Origin: an uncultured Gemmatimonadota bacterium
GTDB lineage: Bacteria; Gemmatimonadota; Gemmatimonadetes; Palauibacterales; Palauibacteraceae
Assembly: GCA_964518305.1 (NCBI GenBank)
Contig: CAZFDK010000004.1
Location: 42,986 to 106,985, forward strand
Direction: 5' to 3'
Length of the DNA stretch: 64,000 nucleotides
The notes under the pieces were generated by a model. It was not told the origin of the DNA. It saw nothing but the letters and a program-made list of their open reading frames with translations, and made no database searches. Position 1 is the first letter of the stretch. Each line of letters opens with the position of its first letter. Below, one piece after another: positions 50,120-60,748 of this stretch. The position numbers and the translations under genes are program-made.

Positions 50120-50366
50120 GCTCACCTCGTATCGATGGCTCTCTCGGCCCGGCGTCGGAGATTCGGCCCGGGAGCGGGCGCGCACCTGGCGTCCGGGACG
50201 GCGATGGCGCTCGGGGCCATCCCGTGCAAACACGCTGCCGGGGTCCCGGGTAGATTGAGCCGGAGACGTGGGCGAGCAGCGAGAGTCGGTTCGGCCGGCC
50301 GGGAGTCCCCCGCCGGCGATTCGTCCCGACCGGGGACGGCGCAACAGACAACGGCTGGAGATCACC

Positions 50367-51230
50367 ATGACGAGCGACGCGAGCACGAGGCGGACGGAAT
50401 CCGAGTCGGAGACGGTGCTACGTCCCGGGGAGCTGGACGCCGTGATCTTCGACCTGGACGGCGTCCTGACCGATACGGCGGAGGCGCACTTCCGCGCCTG
50501 GAAGGAGACCTTCGACCGGTTCCTGGAGGAGCGTGCCGAGGAGCGCGGTACACCCGTCGAGCCCTTCACCCGCAACGACTACCGTCGTCACGTCGACGGG
50601 AAGCCCCGGTACGAGGGTGCGCGGGACTTTCTCCGGGCGCGGGGCATCGAGCTGCCGTTCGGGGACCCCGGGGACTCGCCCGGCGAGGAATCGGTGTGCG
50701 CCCTGGGGAACCGGAAGAACGAGCGCTATCGGAGCCGGCTCGAGGAGGGGGAGCTCGAGCCGTTCGCGAGCTCCGTGGATCTCGTCCGTCGGATTCGATC
50801 GGCGGGGGCGCCCACGGCGGTGGTGACGTCGAGCCGCAACGGGCGGCAGGTGCTGGACGCCTCCGGGATCGCGGAGCTGTTCGACGCGGTGGTGGACGGC
50901 ACGGACCTGGCCGACGATCCGTCGCTGACGGGAAAGCCGGCTCCGGACCTCTTCCTCGAGGCCGCCCGCCGGGTCGACGCGGAGCCCGGACGGTCCGTCG
51001 TCGTCGAGGACTCCTCGGCGGGAGTCGAGGCCGGCCGGCGCGGCGACTTCGGGCTCGTCATCGGAGTCGCTCGCGACCGGGGGGGCGAGGACCTGGAGCG
51101 GGCGGGCGCGGATCTCGTGGTCAGGGACCTCGGCGGTGTTCCCGTGTCCTCGGGTCACGGCCGGCAGGCGAGCCGCGACCGGAGGGACGAGGAGCAAGAA
51201 GCTCCCGACGGGGCCGGCAGGGACCGGTGA
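50367..51230 (+). CDS. HAD family hydrolase, beta-phosphoglucomutase-like
   Basis: FDLDGVLTDT, DGKPRYEG, TSSRN, GKPAPD, VVEDS..GV.AG. Confidence 0.88.
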   Translation: MTSDASTRRTESESETVLRPGELDAVIFDLDGVLTDTAEAHFRAWKETFDRFLEERAEERGTPVEPFTRNDYRRHVDGKPRYEGARDFLRARGIELPFGDPGDSPGEESVCALGNRKNERYRSRLEEGELEPFASSVDLVRRIRSAGAPTAVVTSSRNGRQVLDASGIAELFDAVVDGTDLADDPSLTGKPAPDLFLEAARRVDAEPGRSVVVEDSSAGVEAGRRGDFGLVIGVARDRGGEDLERAGADLVVRDLGGVPVSSGHGRQASRDRRDEEQEAPDGAGRDR

Positions 51231-52060
51231 CGTCTCCGGGGAAGACCGGGGCCGCCATTCGGCGCCTGCCGTCGGCCCTGGAGAGGCGGGACGAGATAGC
51301 GGAGCGGATCGGAGATCGGACGCCGGCGCTCTTCCTGGACTACGACGGCACGCTCACGCCCATCGTCGAGGATCCCGCCGAGGCGGCGATTCCCGCGGAG
51401 ACGCGCGACGTCCTCCGCACCATGGCAGAGGGGACGCCGGTTGCCGTGATCAGCGGCCGCGACCTGGACGAGGTGCGTCGGATGGTCGGGGTCGGGGGTC
51501 TCTGGTACGCCGGGAGCCACGGCTTCGACCTGGCGGGCCCGCAGGGCGACCGTGAGCAGAGAGCCACCGACGCAGTGCCGGCGCTGGACGAGGCCGAAGA
51601 GGAGCTCCGCCGAACCGTCGAGGCGGAATTCCCGGGCGCCCGGGTGGAGCGAAAGCGCTTCGCCCTGGCCGTCCACTACCGGACCATGGATCCGCAGCCG
51701 GTGCCGGACCTGCGCCGTCGGGTCGAACAGGTCGCCGCCGACCATCCGGAGCTGCGGGTCTCCGGCGGAAAGAAGATCTTCGAGGTTCGACCCGACGAGG
51801 ACTGGGACAAGGGGCGCGCCGTCCTGTGGCTCTGGGACGTCCTGGATCTCCGCCCTGCCTCCCATCATGCGATCTACATCGGAGACGACGTCACGGACGA
51901 GGACGTGTTTCGGGTGCTGGGCGACCGGCTGCCGGGAACCGGGATCGTCGTCCGGGGCGAGGACGACGGCCGCGAGTCTCGCGCGGACTATTCACTGGCC
52001 GACCCGGGGGAAGTTCGCGCGTTCCTCGATCTCATCTCGACGGGGGGAGCAGAACGATGA
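51227..52060 (+). CDS. otsB: Trehalose-6-phosphate phosphatase
   Basis: FLDYDGTLTPI, VISGR, YAGSHG, GKKIFEVRP, WDKG, YIGDDVTDED; last part of track ORF 48293..52060. Confidence 0.92.
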   Translation: MTSPGKTGAAIRRLPSALERRDEIAERIGDRTPALFLDYDGTLTPIVEDPAEAAIPAETRDVLRTMAEGTPVAVISGRDLDEVRRMVGVGGLWYAGSHGFDLAGPQGDREQRATDAVPALDEAEEELRRTVEAEFPGARVERKRFALAVHYRTMDPQPVPDLRRRVEQVAADHPELRVSGGKKIFEVRPDEDWDKGRAVLWLWDVLDLRPASHHAIYIGDDVTDEDVFRVLGDRLPGTGIVVRGEDDGRESRADYSLADPGEVRAFLDLISTGGAER

Positions 52061-54567
52061 CGGGTGTCGGGGCGTCCGGCTCCACCCGGGCCGAGAGCCT
52101 GGTGGCCGACGACCTCTTCGCGTCCCGGAAGGTGCGGGAGAACCTGCGCGCGGCCACGGACGGCTGGTGCCTGGTCTACACGGGCTTCGATCCGGCGGCC
52201 GAGGGACTGCGGGAGGCCCTCTGCACCCTGGGCAACGGCCACTACTGCACGCGGGGCGCCGCTCCCGAGGCGCAGGCGGACGGGGTCCATTACCCGGGCA
52301 CCTACCGGGCCGGCTGCTACGACCGCCTGGCCACGACGATCGCAGGCGAGACGGTCACCAACGAGAGCCTGGTGAATCTCCCGAACTGGCTGCCCCTGGA
52401 CCTCAGGGTCCAGGACGGCCCGTGGCTCGACCTGGAGCGGCTGGAGATCCTCGACTACCGCCAGGAGCTGGATCTCAGGACGGGCGTCCTGACCCGGCGC
52501 CTTCGGTACCGGGACGACAGGGGACGCGAGACGGCAGTTCGCCAGCGACGCTTCGTCAGCATGGACAGGAGCCATCGGGCCGGGCTGGAGACCGAGGTCA
52601 CCGCCGAGAACTGGTCCGGCGAGCTGGAGGTCCGGACCGGCCTGGACGCCCGGGTGGAGAACGCCGGCGTCGCGCGGTACCGGGAGCTGGAGGGCAGGCA
52701 CCTCGTGCCGGCGGGCACGGACCTGCCGGACGAGGAGAGCATGCTCCTCCGGGCCCGAACCGTCCAGTCCCGGATCGGCGTGGCCGAGAGTGCCCGCTTC
52801 CGGATCCGGCGGGACGGCGAGCGCCTGGCGCCGGACCGTGACCGGGAGCGCCAGCCGGGCTACGTGGCCGACCGCCTCTCGATTCCGATCTCGGAGGGAC
52901 AGTCGGCCACGCTCGAGAAGATGGTGACGCTGTTCACGGGCCGGGACCCCACGGTCGCCGAGGCCGGCGAGGCCGCGCGCCGGGAGCTGGAGCGCACCGC
53001 GAGCTTCGGCGAGGAGCTGGAGCGCCACCGACTGGCCTGGCGGCACCTCTGGCGACGCTTCGAGATCGGGACGGAGCTCGAGGGGCGGGGCGAGGACTGG
53101 ACCAACTCGGTCCTCCGTCTTCACCTCTTCCATCTGCTCCAGACCGCATCGGAGCACACCAGGGACCTGGACACCGGCGTGCCTGCCCGGGGATGGCACG
53201 GCGAGGCGTACCGGGGACACATCTTCTGGGACGAGCTCTTCATCCTTCCGTTGCTCGACTTCCGGGCGCCGCAGGTGAGCCGGGAGCTCCTCCGCTACCG
53301 ATACCGCCGGCTTCCCGAAGCGCGCCGATCGGCCCGGGAGGCCGGCTACGCCGGGGCGATGTTCCCGTGGCAGAGCGGCAGCGACGGACGCGAGGAGAGC
53401 CAGGAGTTCCACCTGAACCCGGAGTCCGGCCGGTGGATCCCGGACGAGACCCACCTGCAGCGGCACATCAACACCGCCATCCCGTTCAACGTCTGGCGGC
53501 ACTACCGGGTCAGCGGTGACCTGGACTTTCTCGACGCCTTCGGTGCCGAGATCATGGCGGAGACGGCCCGCTTCTGGGCCAGCATCGCGGAGTACAGCGA
53601 GAAGCGGGGCCGCTACGAGATCCGCGGCGTGGTCGGTCCCGACGAGTACCACACCTCCTACCCGGACGCCGACGAGCCCGGGCTGGACAACAACGCCTAC
53701 ACGAACGTCATGGCCGCCTGGACGCTCTCACGGGCGGCAGAGGCCCTCGAGGAGCTTCCGGACTACCGTGCGGAGGAGCTGCGGGAGCGGCTGGAGATCG
53801 ACGATGCCGAGCTGGAGCTGTGGGACGAGGTTAGCCGCAGGATGTTCGTGCCGTTCCACGGCGAGGGGAACAGGATCATCAGCCAGTTCGAGCGCTACGA
53901 GGAGCTCGAGGAGTTCGACTGGGAGGAATACCGCGAGCGCTACGACGACATCCAGAGGCTGGACCGCATCCTGGAGGCGGAGGGCGATACCCCGAATCGA
54001 TACAGGGCATCGAAGCAGGCCGACGTCCTGATGCTCTTCTACCTCTTCTCGGCCGAGCAGCTGACGGAGCTCTTCGCACGGCTCGGCTACGACTTCGATC
54101 CGGAGTGGATCCCGCGGAACGTCGAGTACTACATGGAGCGAACCTCCCACGGCTCCACGCTCAGCGGGGTCGTCCACTCGTGGGTCCTCTCCCGGACGGA
54201 CCGGGAGCGCTCCTGGCGCTTCTTCTGCGAGAGTCTGGTCAGCGACGTGGGCGACATCCAGGGTGGGACGACGCCGGAGGGGATCCACCTGGGGGCCATG
54301 GCCGGGACCGTGGACCTGCTGCAGCGGTGCTACTCCGGGCTGGAGCTCCGCGGCGAGCGGCTGTACTTCGATCCTCAGCTGCCGAAGGAGCTGGAAGAGA
54401 TCTCCTTCCGGATTCGGTTCCGGGGACACTGGCTCGACGTCACGGCCACCTCCGGACGCCTTCGGGTCGAGGCCGGGCCGGGAACGGCACCGCCTGTGAC
54501 CGTGGGGGTGGCGGACGGCAGCGAGACCGAGATCGGACCGGACGGGTGGCACGAGTTCGAGCTGTGA
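52057..54567 (+). CDS. Glycoside hydrolase family 65 (trehalose/maltose phosphorylase-like)
   Basis: LCTLGNG, GWHGEAYRGHIFWDE, MFPWQSG, GPDEYH, DNNAYTN, KQADVLML, HGSTLS, GIHLGAMAG. Confidence 0.93.
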   Translation: MTGVGASGSTRAESLVADDLFASRKVRENLRAATDGWCLVYTGFDPAAEGLREALCTLGNGHYCTRGAAPEAQADGVHYPGTYRAGCYDRLATTIAGETVTNESLVNLPNWLPLDLRVQDGPWLDLERLEILDYRQELDLRTGVLTRRLRYRDDRGRETAVRQRRFVSMDRSHRAGLETEVTAENWSGELEVRTGLDARVENAGVARYRELEGRHLVPAGTDLPDEESMLLRARTVQSRIGVAESARFRIRRDGERLAPDRDRERQPGYVADRLSIPISEGQSATLEKMVTLFTGRDPTVAEAGEAARRELERTASFGEELERHRLAWRHLWRRFEIGTELEGRGEDWTNSVLRLHLFHLLQTASEHTRDLDTGVPARGWHGEAYRGHIFWDELFILPLLDFRAPQVSRELLRYRYRRLPEARRSAREAGYAGAMFPWQSGSDGREESQEFHLNPESGRWIPDETHLQRHINTAIPFNVWRHYRVSGDLDFLDAFGAEIMAETARFWASIAEYSEKRGRYEIRGVVGPDEYHTSYPDADEPGLDNNAYTNVMAAWTLSRAAEALEELPDYRAEELRERLEIDDAELELWDEVSRRMFVPFHGEGNRIISQFERYEELEEFDWEEYRERYDDIQRLDRILEAEGDTPNRYRASKQADVLMLFYLFSAEQLTELFARLGYDFDPEWIPRNVEYYMERTSHGSTLSGVVHSWVLSRTDRERSWRFFCESLVSDVGDIQGGTTPEGIHLGAMAGTVDLLQRCYSGLELRGERLYFDPQLPKELEEISFRIRFRGHWLDVTATSGRLRVEAGPGTAPPVTVGVADGSETEIGPDGWHEFEL

Positions 54568-54580
54568 CGGTCCGGTCAGC

Positions 54581-57355
54581 GTGACAGGGGCGGCGGCCGG
54601 CCGCGGCGGAGCGGACGATCGGGCCACATGGCACGCTCTGACGGCGGCGGAGGTCGCCGATCGCCTGGACACCGACCCGGACGCGGGACTCCGGGCCGAC
54701 GAAGCGAGCCGACGGAGGCGGGAGCAGGGGCCCAACCGGATACGAAGCGGCGAGGAGATCTCGCCGCTGGCGATCTTCGCCGATCAGTTTCGTGACTTCC
54801 TGATCTACCTCCTGGTCCTGGCGGCCGTCCTCTCCGTGGCGGTGGGCTTCATGCCCGACGCCGACCCGAACTGGATCGACGCCGGCCTCATCCTGGCCAT
54901 CCTCCTGGCCAACGGCGTGTTCGGGTTCGTACAGGACTACCGGGCCGAGCGGGCCATCCGCGCCCTCCAGGAGCTGGCCACCCCCGACGCGGACGTGGTC
55001 CGCGGCGGCCAGCGCCGGACGGTGGACGCCGAGGCCCTGGTGGTGGGCGACGTCGTGGTTGTGGAGCAGGGCGATGTCGTGCCGGCCGACGTGCGTCTGG
55101 TGGAGGCGGCCAGCATGGAGACGCAGGAGGCCGCGCTCACCGGCGAGAGCAGCTCCGTGGCCAAGGGGCTCGAGGCGGTGGACGAGGGGACGCCCCTGGC
55201 CGAGCGGCGCGGCATGGCCTTCATGAACACGAGCGTCGTGCGCGGAAAGGGTCGGGGCGTGGTGGTGGCCACGGGCATGGACACGGAGATGGGAAGCATC
55301 GCCGCCCGAATCCAGGAGGCGGACCAGGATCAGACCCCGTTCCAGCAGGAGGTGGACGTTCTGGGCCGGCGCATCGGATATGGCGTCCTCGGCCTGATCG
55401 TGCTCGTGGCGGGACTCCAGCTCACCTTCACCGAGGCGGACGCCATCGCGGTGCTCCTCGTGGCCGTGACGCTCGCCGTGGCGGCGGTTCCGGAGGGATT
55501 GCCGGCGGTGGTGACGCTGACCCTGGCACTGGGGTCCCGCCGGATGCTCGACCGCAACGCCCTCGTCCGGCGGCTGCCGGTGGTCGAGAGCCTGGGATCG
55601 GTGGACGTGATCGTCACCGACAAGACGGGGACGATCACCGAGAATCAGATGACGGTGCGGCGGGTCCGGGCCGGCGGTGAGACGTGGGAGGTCACGGGAT
55701 CCGGCACGGATCCGGAGGGGCAGTTCCGCCCGGTCGACGGTGACGACGGCTCGCCGGACCCTGCCGTGCTCGAGCCCATTCTCCGCTGCGGGGCCGAGTG
55801 CAACGACTCGATGCCGGCCCCGGACGATCAGGAGGAGGACTACCTCGGGGATCCGACGGAAGTGGCGCTCCGGGTGTCGGCGGCGAAGGCGGGGATCGAG
55901 GGAGGATCGGACCGGCTGCGCGAGGTCCCGTTCTCCTCGGAGCGGAAGCGGATGACCGTGGTCACCGACGGAGAGCCGCCGGTGGCGTGGATGAAGGGAG
56001 CGCCCGAGGTGGTCCTCGAGCGCTGCGACCGGATCCTGGAAGACGGTGAGGAGACGGATCTCTCCGAGGACCGGCGGGCGGAGATACTGGAGCGGAACCG
56101 TGAGCTCGCCGGGGAGGCCTACCGGGTGCTCGGCTTCGCGCGCCGCGAGCTGGAGGGGGACTCCCAGGGGCCGTCCGACGACGAGCTCGAATCCGGCCTC
56201 ACGTTTCTCGGCCTGCAGGCCATGATCGATCCTCCGCGGCCGGAAGTCGCCGAGGCGGTAAAGGATTGCCGGAAGGCCGGGATCCGGGTGGTCATGGCCA
56301 CCGGCGATAATCTGGAGACCGGGAAGGCGGTGGGAGAGGAGGTAGGCTTCGACCCCGAGGGGGCGCTCACCGGCGCCGACGTGGAGGCGATGGAGGACGA
56401 GGAGCTGCGGGCGAAGGCCGAGTCGGTCGAGGTGTTCGCCCGGGTCTCGCCCGAGCACAAGGTGCGGCTGCTGGAGGCCCTGCAGAACAGGGGACACCGG
56501 GTGGCCATGACTGGAGACGGCGTCAACGACGCCCCCGCCGTCCGGAACGCCGACGTGGGAATCTCAATGGGGATCAGGGGCACCGATGTGACCAGGGAGG
56601 CGTCGGACATGGTGCTCCGGGATGACAACTTCGCCACGATCAGGGACGCCGTGGCCGAAGGGCGGACGATCTTCGACAACATCCGGAAGTTCGTCAACTT
56701 CCTGCTCTCGGCGAACGCCGGCGAGGTCCTGGCCGTCTTCTTTGGCGTCCTGGTCGGCGGCGCGCTCTTCCCGGAGCGCTTCGCCGCCCGCTCCGAGGCG
56801 CTGGTCCTGACGCCGGTCATGCTGCTGTGGATCAACCTGGTCACGGACGGGCTCCCCGCGCTGGCGCTCGGCGTGGATCCACGGACCCCGGGGATCATGG
56901 ATCGTCCTCCACGTCCGTCGGAGGAGGGCGTCATCGGAGGCCGTGTCCTGGCCTCCGTGCTCGCGCTGGGCGCCGCGATCACGGTCGTGGGACTCGTCCT
57001 CTTCTTCCGGGGGCTCGAGGCCACCGGGGACCTGGTCCTGGCTCAGACTCTCCTCTTCACCTTCCTGGTGACGATCGAGATGGTGATCATACAGGTCATT
57101 CGGGGGCGCTACGGCCTCGGACCGCTCTCCAACCGGTGGCTGGTGGCAGCGGTGACATCGTCGATTGGGCTCCAGCTGCTGGTGCTCTACTCTCCGCTGC
57201 AGGAGTTCTTCCGCGTGCGAGCGCTCTCGATCGGACAGTGGGGATGGATCGGGCTGGCCGCGGCGGCGTTCACGCTCCTCGCCGTGGCAGCCTCGCGCAC
57301 GCTGTCCCGCTTCCTTCCGGAACGGACCGCGGCTCGGCAGCGGAGGGGCGGCTGA
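54581..57355 (+). CDS. P-type ATPase, type IIA (Ca2+-like)
   Basis: TGES, VPEGLP, DKTGT, KGAPE, TGD, TGDGVNDAPA, NAGE, WINLVTDGLPALAL. Confidence 0.95.
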   Translation: MTGAAAGRGGADDRATWHALTAAEVADRLDTDPDAGLRADEASRRRREQGPNRIRSGEEISPLAIFADQFRDFLIYLLVLAAVLSVAVGFMPDADPNWIDAGLILAILLANGVFGFVQDYRAERAIRALQELATPDADVVRGGQRRTVDAEALVVGDVVVVEQGDVVPADVRLVEAASMETQEAALTGESSSVAKGLEAVDEGTPLAERRGMAFMNTSVVRGKGRGVVVATGMDTEMGSIAARIQEADQDQTPFQQEVDVLGRRIGYGVLGLIVLVAGLQLTFTEADAIAVLLVAVTLAVAAVPEGLPAVVTLTLALGSRRMLDRNALVRRLPVVESLGSVDVIVTDKTGTITENQMTVRRVRAGGETWEVTGSGTDPEGQFRPVDGDDGSPDPAVLEPILRCGAECNDSMPAPDDQEEDYLGDPTEVALRVSAAKAGIEGGSDRLREVPFSSERKRMTVVTDGEPPVAWMKGAPEVVLERCDRILEDGEETDLSEDRRAEILERNRELAGEAYRVLGFARRELEGDSQGPSDDELESGLTFLGLQAMIDPPRPEVAEAVKDCRKAGIRVVMATGDNLETGKAVGEEVGFDPEGALTGADVEAMEDEELRAKAESVEVFARVSPEHKVRLLEALQNRGHRVAMTGDGVNDAPAVRNADVGISMGIRGTDVTREASDMVLRDDNFATIRDAVAEGRTIFDNIRKFVNFLLSANAGEVLAVFFGVLVGGALFPERFAARSEALVLTPVMLLWINLVTDGLPALALGVDPRTPGIMDRPPRPSEEGVIGGRVLASVLALGAAITVVGLVLFFRGLEATGDLVLAQTLLFTFLVTIEMVIIQVIRGRYGLGPLSNRWLVAAVTSSIGLQLLVLYSPLQEFFRVRALSIGQWGWIGLAAAAFTLLAVAASRTLSRFLPERTAARQRRGG

Positions 57356-57487
57356 GCGGGACGACGACCGAAATGCGGTCGCCGGCCGTTCTGTACGGGT
57401 CGTTCCTTCGTCCGCCGCCGCCTCCCTCGCCCGGGTGGTGGGCGGGCGTCCAGCAGATGGCGGCGAGGTCCGCGGGAGACGTCCCCC

Positions 57488-57751
57488 TCAGCCTCCGGAG
57501 CCCGCGGCCAGGTTGTACAGCCACGCCAGGAGCCAGCCGCCGACGGCGCCGTCCACGAGGCCGTACAGGGTCGCCGTCAGGACCGCGCCGAAGCCGCCGG
57601 GGCCCTCGTAACCCGGATAGACGGAGGCGACCACCTCCAGGGCCGAGGCGGCGTAGCCGGGAAACGCCTGGTTCAGCAGTCCGAAGAAGAACAGCGCGCC
57701 GCCCGTGAGGAGCGCGCCCGCAACGGCCAGTGCCCGGGAATCGAGTCGCAT
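57488..57751 (-). CDS. Small hypothetical membrane protein
   Basis: 87 aa, two hydrophobic helices, YPGY and GLVDGAVGGWLLAWLYN. Confidence 0.7.
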   Translation of the reverse strand: MRLDSRALAVAGALLTGGALFFFGLLNQAFPGYAASALEVVASVYPGYEGPGGFGAVLTATLYGLVDGAVGGWLLAWLYNLAAGSGG

Positions 57752-57779
57752 CGTGTTCTCCCTGTGGGATTCGAGGATA

Positions 57780-58997
57780 TCACGGCTCGTCGTCCGCGCG
57801 CCGGTCTGCGTCCCGCAGCGTCGGATCGCCCTGAGACGAGGCGCTGGCCCGGAAGGTCCCGAGCGATACCCGGTCGAGGAGGCGCTCTCCCTCGGAGACC
57901 TCGCCTCCCGGGACGCCGGGCTCCAGGACCAGCCGCGCGGTCTCGATCAGGGAAAGGCATACCACGAACAGGATCGGGCCGATCAGGATCCCGACGGCCC
58001 CGAAGACGAAAATCGCTCCCAGCACGCTGAAGAGCACGATGAGCGGGTGGAGCTGCGCCCGGCCGCTGACCAGGATGGCGCGGAGGACGTTGTCGATGGT
58101 GCTCACGACCAGGGTTCCGACGGCCAGCAGGGCGAGCCCCTCGCCGATCCGTCCCCGGTAGAGGAGGATCAGGCCCGCGGGGACCCAGATGAAGGGAGCG
58201 CCCACGATGGGCAGGAGGGCGAAGACCGCTACCACCGTGCCCCACAGCACCGGGGCCGGGACGCCGACGATCCAGAACGCCAGGCCGACCAGCAGCCCCT
58301 GGACCAGGGCCACGACCACGTTTCCGTACATCGTCGCGTAGGTGACTTCCAGGGAGCGCTGGAGCAGGCGCTCGGTGTACCCCGGATCCAGGGGGATGAG
58401 CCAGCGGCCCATCTTGACGATACCGCGCCCGTCGCGCAGGAGGTAGAAGATGGTGAACAGTGCGATTCCGCCCTGCAGGAACCAGCCCCCGAGCCCGGAC
58501 AGGAAGCTCAGGGTGCGGTCCGCCAGAAGGCTCGGCACCTGCTCCATCTGCTGTCCGAGCTGAGCGGAGACTTCCTCCGGCTCCAGGCCCAGGTAACCGC
58601 CGGCGCTCTCGAGCCAGCGCCGCAGAGCGCTGTCCGGGGCGAGCAGCCCCGACATCTGCAGGCTGACCTGCTGGATGCCCGACCGCAGCTCGTCCACCAG
58701 GACCAGAGAGAGAGCGACCAGGGGGATGAGGATCGCGAAGAAGAGCACCGTGGTGCCCACCAGCGCCGCCACGTCCCGATGGCCGATCCACTCCTCCAGC
58801 CGCTCGTACGCGGGATACACCAGCGCGGCGAGGGTGGCGCTGGTGAGCAGCGCCGGCGCGAACGGCCAGAGCAGCAAGACGAGCAGATAGGCGGCGCCGA
58901 GGCCGAGGGCCAGGATCACGATCTGCCGTGCTCCGACGACGCCCGCTCGGGCACCGTCAGCCGTGTCGGGCCCCGGCCGATCGGGGGCGTCCCTCAA
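57780..58997 (-). CDS. AI-2E (PerM) family transporter (start approximate)
   Basis: FYLLRDG, LVQG, LLPIVGA, DNVLR, HPLIVLFSVLG, GILIGP. Confidence 0.88.
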   Translation of the reverse strand: MRDAPDRPGPDTADGARAGVVGARQIVILALGLGAAYLLVLLLWPFAPALLTSATLAALVYPAYERLEEWIGHRDVAALVGTTVLFFAILIPLVALSLVLVDELRSGIQQVSLQMSGLLAPDSALRRWLESAGGYLGLEPEEVSAQLGQQMEQVPSLLADRTLSFLSGLGGWFLQGGIALFTIFYLLRDGRGIVKMGRWLIPLDPGYTERLLQRSLEVTYATMYGNVVVALVQGLLVGLAFWIVGVPAPVLWGTVVAVFALLPIVGAPFIWVPAGLILLYRGRIGEGLALLAVGTLVVSTIDNVLRAILVSGRAQLHPLIVLFSVLGAIFVFGAVGILIGPILFVVCLSLIETARLVLEPGVPGGEVSEGERLLDRVSLGTFRASASSQGDPTLRDADRRADDEP

Positions 58998-59001
58998 CGC
59001 G

Positions 59002-59796
59002 CTAACCCAGCGCCACGTCGAGGTAGAGCATGACCATGATCCCCAGCATGGTGCCGAAGGTCGCCACGCGGGCATGTCCCTTCCGGTGCGTCTCGGGGAT
59101 GATCTCGTTGCTGATCACGTACAGCATGGCCCCCGCTGCGAACCCCATGGCATACGGGAGGACAGGCTCCGCGAACTCCACGGCCCACGCCCCGCCCACG
59201 GCCAGGGGAATCTCCACGAGTCCGGCCCGGATTCCCACGAACGCCGCGTAGAAGGCGGCGCCGAAGCCCACGGTCAGGGCGGAGGCCGCGACGGCCAGCC
59301 CCTCGGGGATGTTCTGGATGCCGATGGCCAGCATGAGTGGAAGGGCGTTTGACAGGTCTCCCGAACCGAAGCCCACGCCCACGGCCAGGCCCTCCGGGGC
59401 GTTGTGGAGGGTGATGGCGAAGATGAAGAGCCACACGGCCCGGAGACGCTCGGTGTCCGCACCCTCGCGGCCCTTCACCATGTGCAGGTGGGGGACGTAA
59501 CGGTCGCCCAGGTAGAGGAAGAGGGCCCCCAGCGACATGCCGACCAGGACGCTCACGATGCCGCCCTCCTCGACGCCGGGAATGATGAGGCTCGTGTAGG
59601 AGGCAGTGAGCATGACGCCGGCGCCGAACCCGAGCGCCGTGTCCAGGAACCGCTCCGAGGGTTCGCGCCAGACCACGATGGCCAGGGCGCCGATCGTGTT
59701 CAACAGGGTGATCACCAGTCCGCCCACCAGGCCCTGGACCACCGGGTTCGAGCCCGATAGACGGAGGAACAGCTCCTGGAACCAGCCGGGGTCCAT
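59002..59796 (-). CDS. ZIP family metal transporter (GufA type)
   Basis: GFGAGVML, ITLHNAPEG, IQNIPEG, FAAGAMLYV...EIIPE. Confidence 0.92.
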   Translation of the reverse strand: MDPGWFQELFLRLSGSNPVVQGLVGGLVITLLNTIGALAIVVWREPSERFLDTALGFGAGVMLTASYTSLIIPGVEEGGIVSVLVGMSLGALFLYLGDRYVPHLHMVKGREGADTERLRAVWLFIFAITLHNAPEGLAVGVGFGSGDLSNALPLMLAIGIQNIPEGLAVAASALTVGFGAAFYAAFVGIRAGLVEIPLAVGGAWAVEFAEPVLPYAMGFAAGAMLYVISNEIIPETHRKGHARVATFGTMLGIMVMLYLDVALG

Positions 59797-59867
59797 CGCT
59801 CACGGCTCCCGTTCCACGGGGGATCCCGGCGGGCGGAGCCCCCGTCCCGCCGGTCCCGGTGGACACG

Positions 59868-60434
59868 TCATCCCGCCAGTCCGTACTGCGACACCGACTT
59901 CATCAGGTCCGTGGTCGTCGCCACGCCGACGAGGCGGTCGTCGTCGATTACCAGCAGACGATGGATGCCGGCGCGCAGCATGTACTCGGCCGCGTCCCGA
60001 ACGGGGGTATCGGGCGACATGGCGCAGAGGGTTCGTGTCATGACGTCGGATGCCGTGTAGCGATCCATGGGCCCGCCGGTCCGGTCGGCCTCGGCCTCGC
60101 CCCCGATGCTTTCGCCCCGGAGCCTGTCCTGCTCCTCCCACAGGCGGACGAAGTACGCCGCCGGTGGCTCCTCGCCCTCCTCCCACAGCCCGGTTCCGGG
60201 CTGGTCCTCGAATCCGAGCTGACTCCCGGGCTCCAGCGGCGGACCGCCGCCCTCGGTGGAGGAGTCGAACTGGAGGAGGTCCGTGGCGGAGACCACTCCC
60301 ACCACCTCCTCGCCGGACACCACGGGTACCCCCGATATGTGCTCCGAGCTCAACAGCTCGGCGACCTCCCGCAGGGTGGCGTCCGGCGACACCGTGATCA
60401 CGTTCACGGTCATGATGTCGTGCAGGGTGACCAT
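59868..60434 (-). CDS. CBS domain pair protein (Rv2626c-like)
   Basis: IMT..VITV.PD, ISGVPVV, VGVVS.TD, IHRLLVID, VGV.T.TD; AGGAG SD. Confidence 0.88.
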   Translation of the reverse strand: MVTLHDIMTVNVITVSPDATLREVAELLSSEHISGVPVVSGEEVVGVVSATDLLQFDSSTEGGGPPLEPGSQLGFEDQPGTGLWEEGEEPPAAYFVRLWEEQDRLRGESIGGEAEADRTGGPMDRYTASDVMTRTLCAMSPDTPVRDAAEYMLRAGIHRLLVIDDDRLVGVATTTDLMKSVSQYGLAG

Positions 60435-60525
60435 CCTCTGCCTCTCTCCTTGAGGTGCAAGCGTCGAACGATGGGCGCCGCCAGTGGCACGATACGACCG
60501 CCGCCGGGCTCCCTTCAACGCCGCC

Positions 60526-60594
60526 AAGATAGAGACTCACCGCCCCCGTGGCCGTCCTCGACCTGTTGCTCGGCGGTGTGGGGAGATTCCCGAC
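60526..60594 (-). promoter_or_regulatory. Box plus -10 for the CBS-ZIP-AI-2E unit
   Basis: TGTGGG-GAGATT-CCCGAC (60577-94); TATCTT at 60531>26; gap 45 nt; proximal box not recognisable. Confidence 0.55.
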
Positions 60595-60668
60595 GTTGCG
60601 AGCTACGGCCTCCCGACGTGCCTCTCCGCGACAACCGGACAGACGGCCCGGCACCCCGGGTCTAGCTT
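60577..60668 (+). promoter_or_regulatory. Phased-box promoter of the SDR-ZIP unit
   Basis: Box ends CCCGAC (60594), CCCGAC (60617), CCGGAC (60640); TAGCTT at 60663-68; gaps 45 and 22 nt. Confidence 0.7.
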
Positions 60669-60748
60669 TCCGGTCTCGAATCCCGGCCCGAGGAGTCGGG
60701 CCGAACAGACATCCCGATCGACAACCGACAGGACCTGGAAGGAAGATC

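Noticed and set aside
50209-50256. Phased-box promoter for the HAD-otsB-GH65 operon
   Set aside because: Only one weak box (CCCGTG, 24 nt before TAGATT) and no distal partner, so it was not counted among the 13.
48293-52060. 1255-aa ORF as a giant fusion
   Set aside because: Only the last 277 codons (OtsB) are protein-like. The rest is low-complexity Arg/Gly/Pro text lying over atpG, antisense pncB and the HAD gene, a GC-rich shadow frame.
57488-57751. Holin or prophage remnant
   Set aside because: Similar proteins are sometimes labelled holins, but there are no phage genes or endolysin in the window.
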